This document shows, piece by piece, positions 25,438 to 37,685 of a DNA stretch of 64,000 nt. The position numbers and the translations under genes are program-made. This DNA comes from Magnetospirillum sp. (lineage in GTDB: Bacteria > Pseudomonadota > Alphaproteobacteria > CACIAM-22H2). The stretch's first letter is position 1; the number at the start of each line of letters is the position of its first letter. The notes under the pieces were generated by a model that was given only the letters and a program-made list of their open reading frames with translations, had not been told where the DNA came from and searched no databases. The DNA lies in assembly GCA_027532905.1 (NCBI GenBank), contig JAPZUA010000004.1:244570-308569 (forward strand), read 5' to 3'.

Positions 25438-26787
25438 TTACTGGACGCTTTCGCCGTGCAGCGACAGGTCGAGACCGTCGCGTTCGGCTTCTTCCGAGAC
25501 CCGCAGGCCGACGATGAGATCGACGACCTTGAGCAGGATGAACGAACCGATGCCCGAGTAGAGCAGCGTGGCGATCACGGCGTAGAACTGCAGCATCACC
25601 TGTTCGGCGTTGCCGTCGAGCAGGCCGCTATAGCCGTCCGGCGTCGAGGCCGAAGCCGAGAGCACGCCCACGGCGAAGATGCCCGTCAGCAGCGCGCCGA
25701 CGATACCGCCCACGCAATGCACGCCGAACACGTCGAGCGAGTCGTCGTAGCCGAGCATGCGCTTGAGGCTCGTCGAGGCCCAGAAGCACACGATGCCCGC
25801 CACGAGGCCGATCGCAAGCGCACCGCCCGGGAACACGAAGCCCGAGGCCGGCGTGATCGCAACGAGACCCGCAACCGCACCCGAGATGATGCCGAGCACC
25901 GACGGCTTGCCGCGCGTCGCCCACTCGGCGAACATCCACGCGAGTGCGGCAGCGGCCGTGGCGATCTGCGTGACCGCCATCGCCATACCCGCACGCGCGC
26001 CGGCGGCACCGGCCGAACCGGCGTTGAAGCCGAACCAGCCCACCCACAGCAGCGAGGCGCCGATCACGGCCAGCACGAGGTTGTAGGGCGAGAAATTCTC
26101 GGTGCCGTAGCCCTTGCGCTTGCCGAGCACCAGGGCCGCAACGAGGCCCGCAATGCCGGCACTGATGTGCACGACCGTGCCGCCCGCGAAGTCGAGGGCA
26201 CCCATCACGAAGATGAAGCCGTTCGGATGCCAGACCCAATGCGCGATCGGCGAATAGATCAACACCGACCACAGACCCACAAACCACAGCATCGCCGAGA
26301 ACTTCATGCGGTCGGCGAACGCACCGCAGATGAGCGCCGGCGTGATGATCGCGAAGGTCATCTGGAACATCATGAAGATGGGTTCCGGGATCGTGAAGGC
26401 GATGGCGCTGTCGCCCGAGCCCAGCGTGAAGGGCGTATCCCACGCCATGTTGGCGAGGAAGAAGCGCGAGAAGTCGCCGACATAGGCATTGCCTTCGCCG
26501 AAAGCGAGCGAATAGCCCACGACCATCCACAGCACCGTGACGAGGGCCGTGATCGCAAAGGACTGCATCATGGTCGCAAGCACGTTCTTCTTGCGCACCA
26601 TGCCGGCATAGAAGAGCGCCAGGCCCGGAATGGTCATCATCAGCACGAGGGCCGTGGATGTGAGCATCCACGCCGCGTCGCCGGTATCGACCTTCGGCGC
26701 ATCATCCGCGAAAGCGGGGGCTACAGCGCCCAGCATCGCGACGGTTGCAAGCGCCCCGATGCGCGCCAGCTTATCGATTTTGCTCAT
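25438..26787 (-). CDS. amtB: Ammonium transporter
   Basis: A signal peptide followed by DTGDAAWMLTSTALVLMMTIPGLALFYAGMVRKKN. Also FAGGTVVHISAG and DVFGVHCVGGIVG. Confidence 0.93.
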   Translation of the reverse strand: MSKIDKLARIGALATVAMLGAVAPAFADDAPKVDTGDAAWMLTSTALVLMMTIPGLALFYAGMVRKKNVLATMMQSFAITALVTVLWMVVGYSLAFGEGNAYVGDFSRFFLANMAWDTPFTLGSGDSAIAFTIPEPIFMMFQMTFAIITPALICGAFADRMKFSAMLWFVGLWSVLIYSPIAHWVWHPNGFIFVMGALDFAGGTVVHISAGIAGLVAALVLGKRKGYGTENFSPYNLVLAVIGASLLWVGWFGFNAGSAGAAGARAGMAMAVTQIATAAAALAWMFAEWATRGKPSVLGIISGAVAGLVAITPASGFVFPGGALAIGLVAGIVCFWASTSLKRMLGYDDSLDVFGVHCVGGIVGALLTGIFAVGVLSASASTPDGYSGLLDGNAEQVMLQFYAVIATLLYSGIGSFILLKVVDLIVGLRVSEEAERDGLDLSLHGESVQ

Positions 26788-26871
26788 TTTTCGTCGTCTC
26801 CTGGCTGCCCCAGCACGATGCCGGGATGTTTACGCCGACGGACCGGGGGCCCGCTGGATCGTTTCGTAATA

Positions 26872-26888
26872 GTCAAAAATCGTGCCAC
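26872..26888 (-). promoter_or_regulatory. Candidate sigma-54 promoter for amtB
   Basis: Minus strand reads TGGCAC-gattt-TTGA, against the consensus TGGCAC-N5-TTGC. It lies about 85 nt upstream of the amtB ATG. Confidence 0.45.
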
Positions 26889-26980
26889 ACGCGCCGACCT
26901 ATGCTGCGGTGCAAAATAGATTGATTCAGCTACATTTTTCGAGGGTTTCACGAAGTTGATTGGGCCGCAAAGCTTGGCGG

Positions 26981-27013
26981 CAGCGGCAGCTCCCGATAGA
27001 GCCGCCGCTTTTT
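26981..27013. terminator. Strong hairpin in the glnK-amtB spacer with a T-run on the plus strand only
   Basis: Stem of 11 bp, AGCGGCAGCTC-ccgata-GAGCCGCCGCT, followed by TTTTT on the plus strand. One stem position is a G-U pair on the minus-strand RNA but an A-C mismatch on the plus-strand RNA. Confidence 0.45.
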
Positions 27014-27049
27014 TAGGCCAAATAGATGATCAAAATTTAGGCGATTGTC

Positions 27050-27553
<504 letters not shown>

Positions 27554-27566
27554 CTAGGTTTGAAGC

Positions 27567-28802
27567 ATGGTGCCGAATTCCCAGACAGACTGCGACGTCG
27601 CGATCGTCGGCGGCGGCCTCGTCGGCCTCACGCTTGCGATCGCCCTCGACCGTGCAGGCTTGCGCGTGGTCCTGGTCGATGCCGACGAACCAGCCAAGCT
27701 GGCGCGCGACGAATTCGACGGCCGGGCCGCCGCGATCGCGACCGGCTCGGCGCGCGTGCTGCAGGGCATCGGCGTATGGAAGCTGATCGCCCCCCACGCC
27801 GAGCCGATCCGCGACATCCGCGTGTCGGACGGCGATTCGTCGCTGTTTTTGCACTACGACCATCGCGAGCTCGGATCCGACCCGTTCGGCTACATCGTCG
27901 AAAATCGTTTCACGCGGCGCGCACTCTATGCCGCCTTGCGCGATACTGGGGTCGATCTGCGCGCGCCCGCCCGCGCAACCGCAACGGCAAACGACGCCAC
28001 CCAAGCAACCTTGACGCTCGACGACGGCAGCCGCATCGCCGCCCGACTCGTCGTGGCGTGCGACGGCCGGCCCTCGCCCTTGCGCAAAGGGGCCGGCATT
28101 CGCGCCCTGCGCTGGGACTATGCGCAAGCGGCCATCGTCTGCGCGATCCGCCACGAGCGCCCGCATGACGGCATTGCGCATGAGCGGTTTTTGCCGAGCG
28201 GTCCGTTTGCCATGCTGCCCCTGCCCGACGGCCCGGACGGCAGCCATCGCAGTTCAATCGTGTGGACCGAGCGCGCCGAACTCGCCGACCATCTGATCGG
28301 CCTGCCGGACGACGAATTCGCCGACGAAATCCGCGAACGCTTCGGCTGGGGCTTGGGCGCGCTCGCCCCCGTTGCCCAGCGCTGGCGCTATCCTTTGACC
28401 TTCGTGCAGGCCGAGCGCGCGACGGCACCGCGCCTCGCCCTTGCGGGCGATGCACTCCACGGCATCCATCCGATCGCGGGCCAGGGTCTCAATCTCGGTT
28501 TGCGCGACGTCGCCGCCCTTGCCGAAATCCTCGCCGATGCCAACCGGCTCGGCCTCGATTTCGGGGCGGCGGATACGCTCGATCGCTATGCGCGCTGGCG
28601 CGGCGTGGACACGGTCGGCCTCTCGGTCGTGACCGACGGGCTGTTGCGGCTGTTCTCGAACGACATCGCCCCGCTCAAGCTCGCGCGCGGGCTGGGGCTT
28701 GCACTCGTCGATCGGATCGGGCCGCTCAAGCGCGTCTTCATGCGCGATGCGATGGGCATTCTCGGCAAATTGCCGCGGCTGATGCGCGGCGAAGCACTTT
28801 AA
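27567..28802 (+). CDS. UbiH/UbiF/VisC/COQ6-family FAD-dependent ubiquinone-biosynthesis hydroxylase
   Basis: DVAIVGGGLVGLTLAIAL (FAD GxGxxG), LVVACDGRPS, GDALHGIHPIAGQGLNLGLRD. Confidence 0.88.
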   Translation: MVPNSQTDCDVAIVGGGLVGLTLAIALDRAGLRVVLVDADEPAKLARDEFDGRAAAIATGSARVLQGIGVWKLIAPHAEPIRDIRVSDGDSSLFLHYDHRELGSDPFGYIVENRFTRRALYAALRDTGVDLRAPARATATANDATQATLTLDDGSRIAARLVVACDGRPSPLRKGAGIRALRWDYAQAAIVCAIRHERPHDGIAHERFLPSGPFAMLPLPDGPDGSHRSSIVWTERAELADHLIGLPDDEFADEIRERFGWGLGALAPVAQRWRYPLTFVQAERATAPRLALAGDALHGIHPIAGQGLNLGLRDVAALAEILADANRLGLDFGAADTLDRYARWRGVDTVGLSVVTDGLLRLFSNDIAPLKLARGLGLALVDRIGPLKRVFMRDAMGILGKLPRLMRGEAL

Positions 28803-29332
28803 GTCGCAGCAAGAGCTGCCGCCCAAAGACGCTGCTTTTCGGCGCGCGCGATCCGCGCATGTGCCGGACTCGTGGACGGCAAACAGATCTGCGCCAAGCC
28901 GGCCCATTCGGGCGGCAAGTCCGGCACGACAAGACGGCGATAGAGAGAAGCGGCCGTCGCCCCGTTGAAGGCCACGCGGGCGATGAAGCGATGGTTTGCG
29001 AAAAACCCGGCAAAATCGTTGGGCCGGATCGACCGGCGTACAAGCGCGCTGTCGAGACTGCCGGCGCGCGTCGCTGCACCGCACACGTCCCAGACGGCGA
29101 TACGCGCCGCAAAAAGTGCGGCAACGCGCGACGCGTAAGGTGCGGTCGCATCGAACCCCAATTGGGCCGCTAGAATGGGCCAGAACGCATTGTGGGGATG
29201 CGCATAATAGCACTGGGCGGCAAGCGAGGCTTGGCCCGGCAGCGTTCCCAAGATCAGCAGGCGCGCGTCGCCCTGCGCCAATGGCGCAAAGCCGGTCGAA
29301 AGCGGTGCCGGCGAACGCATTTTTTGCGGCAT
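28799..29332 (-). CDS. DNA-deoxyinosine (hypoxanthine) glycosylase, UDG family 6
   Basis: LLILGTLPGQASL, YYAHPHNAFW, LPSTSPA. Size and motifs are typical of HDG-type UDG superfamily members. Confidence 0.78.
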   Translation of the reverse strand: MPQKMRSPAPLSTGFAPLAQGDARLLILGTLPGQASLAAQCYYAHPHNAFWPILAAQLGFDATAPYASRVAALFAARIAVWDVCGAATRAGSLDSALVRRSIRPNDFAGFFANHRFIARVAFNGATAASLYRRLVVPDLPPEWAGLAQICLPSTSPAHARIARAEKQRLWAAALAAT

Positions 29333-29458
29333 CGATTTTCCTTCAGAAACCTGCGCATTTTGCTCGCACTGCGATTCCAGGACAAAGCAATAGGCGCTCG
29401 CGCCAAAAGACGATAGAAAAACGTTGTTTTACGCCACTTGCGAAAACAGGCTCGTTCG

Positions 29459-31426
29459 ATGGTTCGGCGCTTCGCGGCAATCGCCTTCGTCTTGATCGCT
29501 CTCGCACTCGGCGCGATCGTGCTCGCGGCAAATCGCTTTGCCGAATCGGCCGTCGTGCGCGCGGGCACGCATTCGGCAGAAGTCGTCGCCCAAGCCTTCA
29601 CCAATTCCGTGTGGCCGCAGATCCGTGGCGACGTGCTCGGCCAAGCCGATGCGAGTGCCGAAACGCTGCGCACGCGGCCGCAGACGCGCACGATCGACGG
29701 CTTCCTTCGCGGCTTTCTGGCCGGCACCGATCTCGTCAAGGTCAAGCTCTACGATCTGCGCGGGCGAGCGATCTACTCGTCCGAGTTCGCGGAAATCGGC
29801 CAGGACAAGACCGCCCAGCCGCCTTACGAAGACGCGCGCCGCGGCATCGTCGGCAGCGCCCTCGCCTTTCGCGAACAGATGAACGGCTATGACGGGCCGC
29901 GCCGGAACGTCTACATCCTCGGCACCTACGTGCCGATCCGGGCAGCCGACGGCACGATCGAAGGCGTGCTCGAATTCTACGCCGACCAGACCGAAGTCGT
30001 CGCCGAATCGCGCATGCGGCTGCTGGTTCTTGGAGCAGCTCTGACGCCGATCCTGCTCGTTCTCTACGGTGCCTTGTGCATCCTCGTGTGGCGCGCCGAC
30101 CGCGTGCAGCGCCGCCAAACGGCCGAACTTGCCGCACTTGCCGAGCAGCGCCGCGCCATTGCCGAACGACTGGGCCAAGAGCAGCAGGAACTCGTCGCCG
30201 CCAATCGCAGCAAGGAAACGCTGCTGGCCGAACTCGGCCACGCCAAATCGCAAGCCGAAGCGGCAAGCCAGGCCAAATCCTCGTTCCTGGCAACGATGAG
30301 CCACGAGATCCGCACGCCGATGAACGGCGTGGTGGCGATGATCGATCTTCTCGCCAAGACGCCACTCGACGCCGCACAGAAGCGCTATGTCGAAATCGTC
30401 AGCCGGTCGGCCGACATTCTGCTCGCCGTAGTCAACGACGTGCTCGACTATTCGAAGCTCGAGGCGGGCGCTATGCGCGTTGAATCCACCGCCTGCGACG
30501 TGCGCCAGATCGTCGACCAGCTCGTGGCGCTGATGAGCGGGGCCGCGGCCGGCAAAAACATCGGCGTTACCGCGACCTTTGCGCCCGACCTGCCAGCGCA
30601 GGTGCGCACGGATCCAGCGCGCCTGCGTCAGATTCTGCTTAATCTGCTCGGCAATGCGGTGAAATTCACCGACCATGGTGCCGTCGCGATCGCGGTCGAC
30701 GCAAAGCCGGCCGAGAACGGGCGCTTCGATCTCGCGATCGCCGTCGCCGATACCGGCATCGGCATCCCGGCCGAAATGCTGCCGTCGCTGTTCAACCGCT
30801 TCAGCCAGGCCGACGGCTCGCTCACGCGCCGATACGGCGGTTCGGGCCTCGGGCTTGCGATCGCGCGCCAGCTTGCGCGAACGATGGGCGGCGACATCGA
30901 TGTCGCCTCGACGCAAGGGCAGGGCTCCACCTTCACGCTGCGCCTGCCGGTCGATCCGATACGCCAGCCCACGGCCGAGGTGCAATTCGATGTGCCGGCC
31001 GCCACGACTGATCTGCTCGCAGGTCCGGCAGCGGGACCGAAGCTCGACGTGTTGGCGGCCGAAGACAACGAGGTGAACCGCACGGTCATCAAATATCTGC
31101 TCGCAAGCCTCGGCCACACGGTCACGTTCGCGGCCGATGGGGCTGAAGCGCTGGTGCTGTGGCGCCAGCACGATTTCGATTTGATCCTGATGGACATCCA
31201 GATGCCGGAGGTGGACGGTGTGACCGCCACGCGCCATATCCGGGCGGCCACCGGCGCCAAAGCGCGCATACCGATCGTGGCGCTGACGGCGCATGCGATG
31301 GATACCGAGCGCGCCGAATATCTCGCCGCCGGCATGGATGCGGTCATCACCAAACCGATCAAGATGGGCGATCTGCGCGCCGCCCTCGAGCTCGGCAGCC
31401 GCCACGCGGCAAACGCCGCGGACTAG
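29459..31426 (+). CDS. Hybrid sensor histidine kinase/response regulator with periplasmic Cache-like sensor
   Basis: Two TM segments flank a ~190-aa periplasmic domain ([18 protein letters not shown]). H-box [17 protein letters not shown] boxes [11 protein letters not shown] and [18 protein letters not shown] domain [10 protein letters not shown]...[14 protein letters not shown]...TKP. Confidence 0.9.
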   Translation: MVRRFAAIAFVLIALALGAIVLAANRFAESAVVRAGTHSAEVVAQAFTNSVWPQIRGDVLGQADASAETLRTRPQTRTIDGFLRGFLAGTDLVKVKLYDLRGRAIYSSEFAEIGQDKTAQPPYEDARRGIVGSALAFREQMNGYDGPRRNVYILGTYVPIRAADGTIEGVLEFYADQTEVVAESRMRLLVLGAALTPILLVLYGALCILVWRADRVQRRQTAELAALAEQRRAIAERLGQEQQELVAANRSKETLLAELGHAKSQAEAASQAKSSFLATMSHEIRTPMNGVVAMIDLLAKTPLDAAQKRYVEIVSRSADILLAVVNDVLDYSKLEAGAMRVESTACDVRQIVDQLVALMSGAAAGKNIGVTATFAPDLPAQVRTDPARLRQILLNLLGNAVKFTDHGAVAIAVDAKPAENGRFDLAIAVADTGIGIPAEMLPSLFNRFSQADGSLTRRYGGSGLGLAIARQLARTMGGDIDVASTQGQGSTFTLRLPVDPIRQPTAEVQFDVPAATTDLLAGPAAGPKLDVLAAEDNEVNRTVIKYLLASLGHTVTFAADGAEALVLWRQHDFDLILMDIQMPEVDGVTATRHIRAATGAKARIPIVALTAHAMDTERAEYLAAGMDAVITKPIKMGDLRAALELGSRHAANAAD

Positions 31427-31458
31427 CGTGAACCACGGCCGGCCGTTCGGCGCCGCCC

Positions 31459-32490
31459 CTATTCGGCGTGCGGCGCCTGTAGAACGACGCCGTACCAGCC
31501 AAGGCCCTTGTAAGTCTCGTAGCCGGGCGTCAGCGCGAAGCCGACCATCGTTCCGTCCGGCATCTGATAGGCGCCGCTTTGTTTTCCTTCGGTCTTCAGC
31601 TCGAAGGTTTCGTCGAGCACGCCGCGGCCGTCCGACGCCGCAATGATACGGCCGCGCGAATCGACCAGCAGGCAGCGCGTGCGCGCACGCTCTTCGGGCG
31701 CCACGCGCACGCCGTCGACGACCGCTTTGGCCTGCGGCTCCCAGTCGAAGAAAATGCCGATGGCCCCCAGGCTCTTGCCGTCGGCCCGGCCGTTCGCGCG
31801 GACGGCGGTCGCGTAGGTCGCAACGGCGCGCCGGTCGAGCATGGCGTTGCGCGCCACGTCGAGGGCCGCATAGTCGTTGCCGCTGTGCGTGGCCATCGCC
31901 TGGCGGAACCAGCTCTCGCCCGCGACGTTGGTGCCGACGGCACGGAAGCGCCCCGGGCGCCCCGACGCCACGACATTGCCTTGCGCATCCGCCACCCACA
32001 GATCGAGATAGACCGTGTAGGCGTCGAGAATGACGCCGAGGCGTCGGCTGGCGAACGCCGCCGCATCGGGCGTTGCCGTTTCGAGAGCGGCAACCAAAGC
32101 AGTGTCGGTCGCCCACCAGCGCACGTCGCACGAGCGTTCGTAGAGATTGCGGTCGATCACGTCGATCATTGCAAGCGACAGATCGGCCAGGCGCTGGCCG
32201 CGCATATTGGCGACCATGCGCGAGCCGAGCGTCACCAGCTCGTCGGTCGCGGCCGCCAAATCGCGCGACAGCGCCTGCGAAATGCGCGCGACGGCTTCGG
32301 AAACCTCTTTGACCTCGTTTGCGACGACCGCAAAACCGCGCCCGGCTTCGCCTGCGCGCGCCGCCTCGATCATTGCGTTGAGCGCAAGGATTTTGACGCT
32401 CCCGGTGATCTTGTTGATTTCGCCGATCTTCGCGGCGGCAATCTGTCCCACATTCTGCGACAGCATAACGATGCGTTCCGGTTCGGCCAT
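31459..32490 (-). CDS. Soluble protein: short N-terminal MCP signalling-tip segment fused to a C-terminal Cache-like sensor domain
   Basis: ATG at 32490 with GAGGAAGGG upstream. Residues ~20-75 read INKITGSVKILALNAMIEAARAGEAGRGFAVVANEVKEV, the MCP hairpin-tip signature. The remainder is Cache-like: CDVRWWATD, YLDLWVADAQGNVVASG, ESWFRQA, LGAIGIFFDW. No TM segment. Confidence 0.75.
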   Translation of the reverse strand: MAEPERIVMLSQNVGQIAAAKIGEINKITGSVKILALNAMIEAARAGEAGRGFAVVANEVKEVSEAVARISQALSRDLAAATDELVTLGSRMVANMRGQRLADLSLAMIDVIDRNLYERSCDVRWWATDTALVAALETATPDAAAFASRRLGVILDAYTVYLDLWVADAQGNVVASGRPGRFRAVGTNVAGESWFRQAMATHSGNDYAALDVARNAMLDRRAVATYATAVRANGRADGKSLGAIGIFFDWEPQAKAVVDGVRVAPEERARTRCLLVDSRGRIIAASDGRGVLDETFELKTEGKQSGAYQMPDGTMVGFALTPGYETYKGLGWYGVVLQAPHAE

Positions 32491-32620
32491 AACCCTTCCT
32501 CGCAAGAGTCCACGTGTAACGAAAATGAAAACACGGGTGCACAACCGCAAGCAAGTCGCGCGCCATTCTGCCGACAGCAACGCCGTCGACGGCGGCCTCG
32601 GAAAAAAACGCTGTCGCGGT

Positions 32621-33019
32621 TTAGGCTGCGGCGAGTTTCGCGGTTGCGATCTCGATGCGCGCGGCAATGCCGCGGCGTTCGCCGTCGTCGGTGGCCGCCC
32701 CGAGCTTGGCGCGCAGGCCTTCGATTTCCTTGCCCACCGCCGTCTTGTCGATGTCGGCGATGCGCGTGGCTTCGTCGGCCAGCACCGTCACGCGCTCGGC
32801 CGAAGCCTCGGCAAAACCGCCGGCCACGAAGATGCGGTCGGTGATGGCCCCGCCATTCCACACGTCGATGGTGCCAATACGCAAGGTCGAGATGACGGGC
32901 GCATGGCCCGCCATCACGCCGAAATCGCCTTCCGTGCCCGGAACCACGACCATGTCGACGTCAAGCGACGCGAGCAGGCGTTCGGGTGCGACCAGTTCGA
33001 ACTTCGTCTTGTCGGCCAT
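32621..33019 (-). CDS. atpC: F1 ATP synthase epsilon subunit
   Basis: FELVAPERLL..VVVPGTEGDFGVMAGHAP. It is the last gene of atpHAGDC. Confidence 0.93.
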   Translation of the reverse strand: MADKTKFELVAPERLLASLDVDMVVVPGTEGDFGVMAGHAPVISTLRIGTIDVWNGGAITDRIFVAGGFAEASAERVTVLADEATRIADIDKTAVGKEIEGLRAKLGAATDDGERRGIAARIEIATAKLAAA

Positions 33020-33041
33020 GGGACGGCGACGCCTCTTCCGG

Positions 33042-35361
<2,320 letters not shown>

Positions 35362-35386
35362 TGCTTGCTCTTCTAGCCCTGTCGGA

Positions 35387-36919
35387 TCAGGCGGCGAACG
35401 TCTTGGCGAAAGCTTCGAGCACGCCGCGGAGCTTCTTGTCCGTCTCGGGCTTGATCTCGCGGTCGGTGCGCACGGCGTCGAGAATGTCGGCGTGCTTGGC
35501 CTTGATCGCGGACATGAACTGGGCTTCGAACTTGCCCACGTTCTTGACCTCGATCCCGTCGAGATAGCCGTTGACGCCCGCGAAGATCGAAACGACCTGC
35601 TCTTCGACCGGCATCGGCGAGTATTGCGCCTGCTTCAGAAGCTCGGTCAGGCGCGCACCGCGCGCGAGCAGCTTCTGCGTCGACGCGTCGAGGTCGGAGG
35701 CGAACTGCGCGAACGCCGCCATTTCGCGATACTGGGCGAGCTCGAGCTTGATCTTGCCGGCGACCTGCTTCATCGCCTTGATCTGGGCGGCAGAGCCAAC
35801 GCGGCTCACCGACAGGCCGACGTTGATGGCAGGACGAATGCCCTTATAGAACAAGTCGGTTTCAAGGAAGATCTGGCCGTCGGTGATCGAGATCACGTTG
35901 GTCGGAATGTAGGCCGACACGTCGCCCGCCTGGGTTTCGATGATCGGCAGAGCCGTAAGCGAACCCGCCTTCATGTCGTCCGACATCTTGGCCGCGCGCT
36001 CGAGCAGGCGCGAATGCAGGTAGAACACGTCGCCCGGATACGCTTCGCGGCCCGGCGGGCGGCGCAGAAGCAGCGACATCTGGCGGTAAGACACGGCCTG
36101 CTTCGACAAGTCGTCGTACACGATGACGGCATGCATGCCGTTGTCGCGGAAGAACTCGCCCATCGCACAGCCCGTGTAGGGCGCGAGGAACTGCAGGGGA
36201 GCCGGGTCCGACGCGGTCGCGGCGACGACGATCGTGTAGTCGAGCGCGCCATAGTCTTCGAGCGTCTTCACGATGCGCGCGACGGTCGAACGCTTCTGCC
36301 CGATGCACACATAGATGCAATAGAGCTTCTTCGATTCGTCGTTGCCGGCGTTGATCGTCTTTTGGTTCAGGAACGTATCGATCGCCACGGCGGTCTTGCC
36401 GGTCTGGCGGTCGCCGATGATAAGCTCGCGCTGGCCGCGGCCGACCGGCACGAGCGCGTCGATCGCCTTGAGGCCCGTCTGCATCGGCTCGTGCACCGAC
36501 TTACGCGCGATGATGCCCGGTGCCTTCACTTCGACGCGCGTCAGCTTGGCACCCGTGAGCGGGCCCTTGCCGTCGATCGGATTGCCGAGACCGTCCACGA
36601 CGCGGCCGAGCAGCGCCTTGCCGACCGGCACTTCGACGATGGCGCCCGTGCGCTTGACGACGTCGCCTTCCTTGATGTCGCGGTCGTCACCGAAAATCAC
36701 GATACCGACATTGTCGGTTTCGAGGTTCAGCGCCATGCCCTTGATGCCGCCCGGAAACTCGACCATTTCGCCGGCCTGGACGTTGTCGAGCCCGTAGACG
36801 CGCGCAATGCCGTCGCCGACGGAGATGACCTGGCCCACTTCGGCCATTTCGGCCGACACATCGAACTTGGCGATCTGGTCCTTGAGGATCGCGGAAATTT
36901 CGGCCGCACTAATGCCCAT
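35387..36919 (-). CDS. atpA: F1 ATP synthase alpha subunit
   Basis: [14 protein letters not shown] (P-loop), [42 protein letters not shown]. Confidence 0.97.
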   Translation of the reverse strand: MGISAAEISAILKDQIAKFDVSAEMAEVGQVISVGDGIARVYGLDNVQAGEMVEFPGGIKGMALNLETDNVGIVIFGDDRDIKEGDVVKRTGAIVEVPVGKALLGRVVDGLGNPIDGKGPLTGAKLTRVEVKAPGIIARKSVHEPMQTGLKAIDALVPVGRGQRELIIGDRQTGKTAVAIDTFLNQKTINAGNDESKKLYCIYVCIGQKRSTVARIVKTLEDYGALDYTIVVAATASDPAPLQFLAPYTGCAMGEFFRDNGMHAVIVYDDLSKQAVSYRQMSLLLRRPPGREAYPGDVFYLHSRLLERAAKMSDDMKAGSLTALPIIETQAGDVSAYIPTNVISITDGQIFLETDLFYKGIRPAINVGLSVSRVGSAAQIKAMKQVAGKIKLELAQYREMAAFAQFASDLDASTQKLLARGARLTELLKQAQYSPMPVEEQVVSIFAGVNGYLDGIEVKNVGKFEAQFMSAIKAKHADILDAVRTDREIKPETDKKLRGVLEAFAKTFAA

Positions 36920-36940
36920 CGTTCTGTTCTCCGATCGAGT

Positions 36941-37498
36941 TCAGGCCCGGCCCGCCAGGGCCAGGTGAAGACGCTTGAGTTGGCCTTGCAGCGAGGCATC
37001 GATCAGGCGGGAACCCACCTTGATCTTGAGGCCGCCCAGCAGGGCTGGATCGATTTTGAGGTCGAGAGTGACTTTGCGGCCCGCGGCGGCGCGCAGCTTG
37101 GCTTCGAGCTCGGCCAGGCGAGGCGCCGACAGGGCCGAAGCCGCCGTCACTTCCGCGACCGTTTCGCCGCGCGCTTCGGCGAGCTGTGCGCGATACTGCG
37201 CTGCGATTTCGGCGAAATTGGCAAGGCGCCGGTTGCGCGCGAGCGTACCGACGAAGCGGCGCACGAGATCGCCCACACCGAGCTGGGCGCACACCGCAAG
37301 CACGGCCTTTTCCTGGGCGGCGCGCGCGAGCAGCGGGCTGCGCATCACGCGCTGAAGATCCGCACTCGATGCCAGTGCTGCTTCGACGGTCTTGAGGTCG
37401 GTTGCCACCGCATCGAGAAACTGCGGGTTGGCAAGTTCGTACAAAGCGCCCGCATAGCGTTGGGCGATTCCGGCGGAAGAGGCGTTCTTGGCGGCCAC
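36941..37498 (-). CDS. atpH: F1 ATP synthase delta (OSCP) subunit
   Basis: GTG start at 37498. N-terminus ...IAQRYAGALYELA. C-terminus IDASLQGQLKRL. First gene of the atp operon. Confidence 0.9.
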   Translation of the reverse strand: MAAKNASSAGIAQRYAGALYELANPQFLDAVATDLKTVEAALASSADLQRVMRSPLLARAAQEKAVLAVCAQLGVGDLVRRFVGTLARNRRLANFAEIAAQYRAQLAEARGETVAEVTAASALSAPRLAELEAKLRAAAGRKVTLDLKIDPALLGGLKIKVGSRLIDASLQGQLKRLHLALAGRA

Positions 37499-37579
37499 GC
37501 GCGGTTCCTATGGTCAGCGGTCTGTTTTTCGACGGCCTCGGCAGCGGCACGAAACCTTGCCAAAGCCGCGAAAAACAAC

Positions 37580-37621
37580 AAAAAAGCCCACACGAAAGAG
37601 ACGTCTCTTGCGCGTGCGGGC
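37580..37621 (-). terminator. Intrinsic terminator downstream of priA
   Basis: Minus strand reads GCCCGCACG..AAGAG-ACGU-CUCUU..CGUGUGGGC followed by UUUUUU. Confidence 0.6.
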
Positions 37622-37685
37622 GAGTAGCTACCACAGGCTTTTGCGCGATGCAATATCCCCTCGGGTGCAATGCGGCGGAAAATCG

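Noticed and set aside
29429-32566. A 1045-aa ORF on the minus strand. Similar very long ORFs occur at 4248-6602 (-), 7751-10042 (-), 18497-20536 (+), 25282-26919 (+), 35270-37627 (+) and 50214-52949 (+).
   Set aside because: These are shadow ORFs typical of high-GC DNA. Their translations are Arg/Gly/Ala/Pro/His-rich and low in complexity, with no recognisable motifs. Each lies antisense to, or out of frame with, a gene that has strong family signatures (histidine kinase, hldE, ABC, ftsK, amtB, atpA, sucA).
32600-32620. The U7 run right after atpC as the atp operon terminator.
   Set aside because: Only a 3-bp stem (CGC-GACA-GCG) precedes the U-run. The nearby palindrome CGCCGTCGACGGCG lacks a U-tract. 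The evidence is too weak to call.
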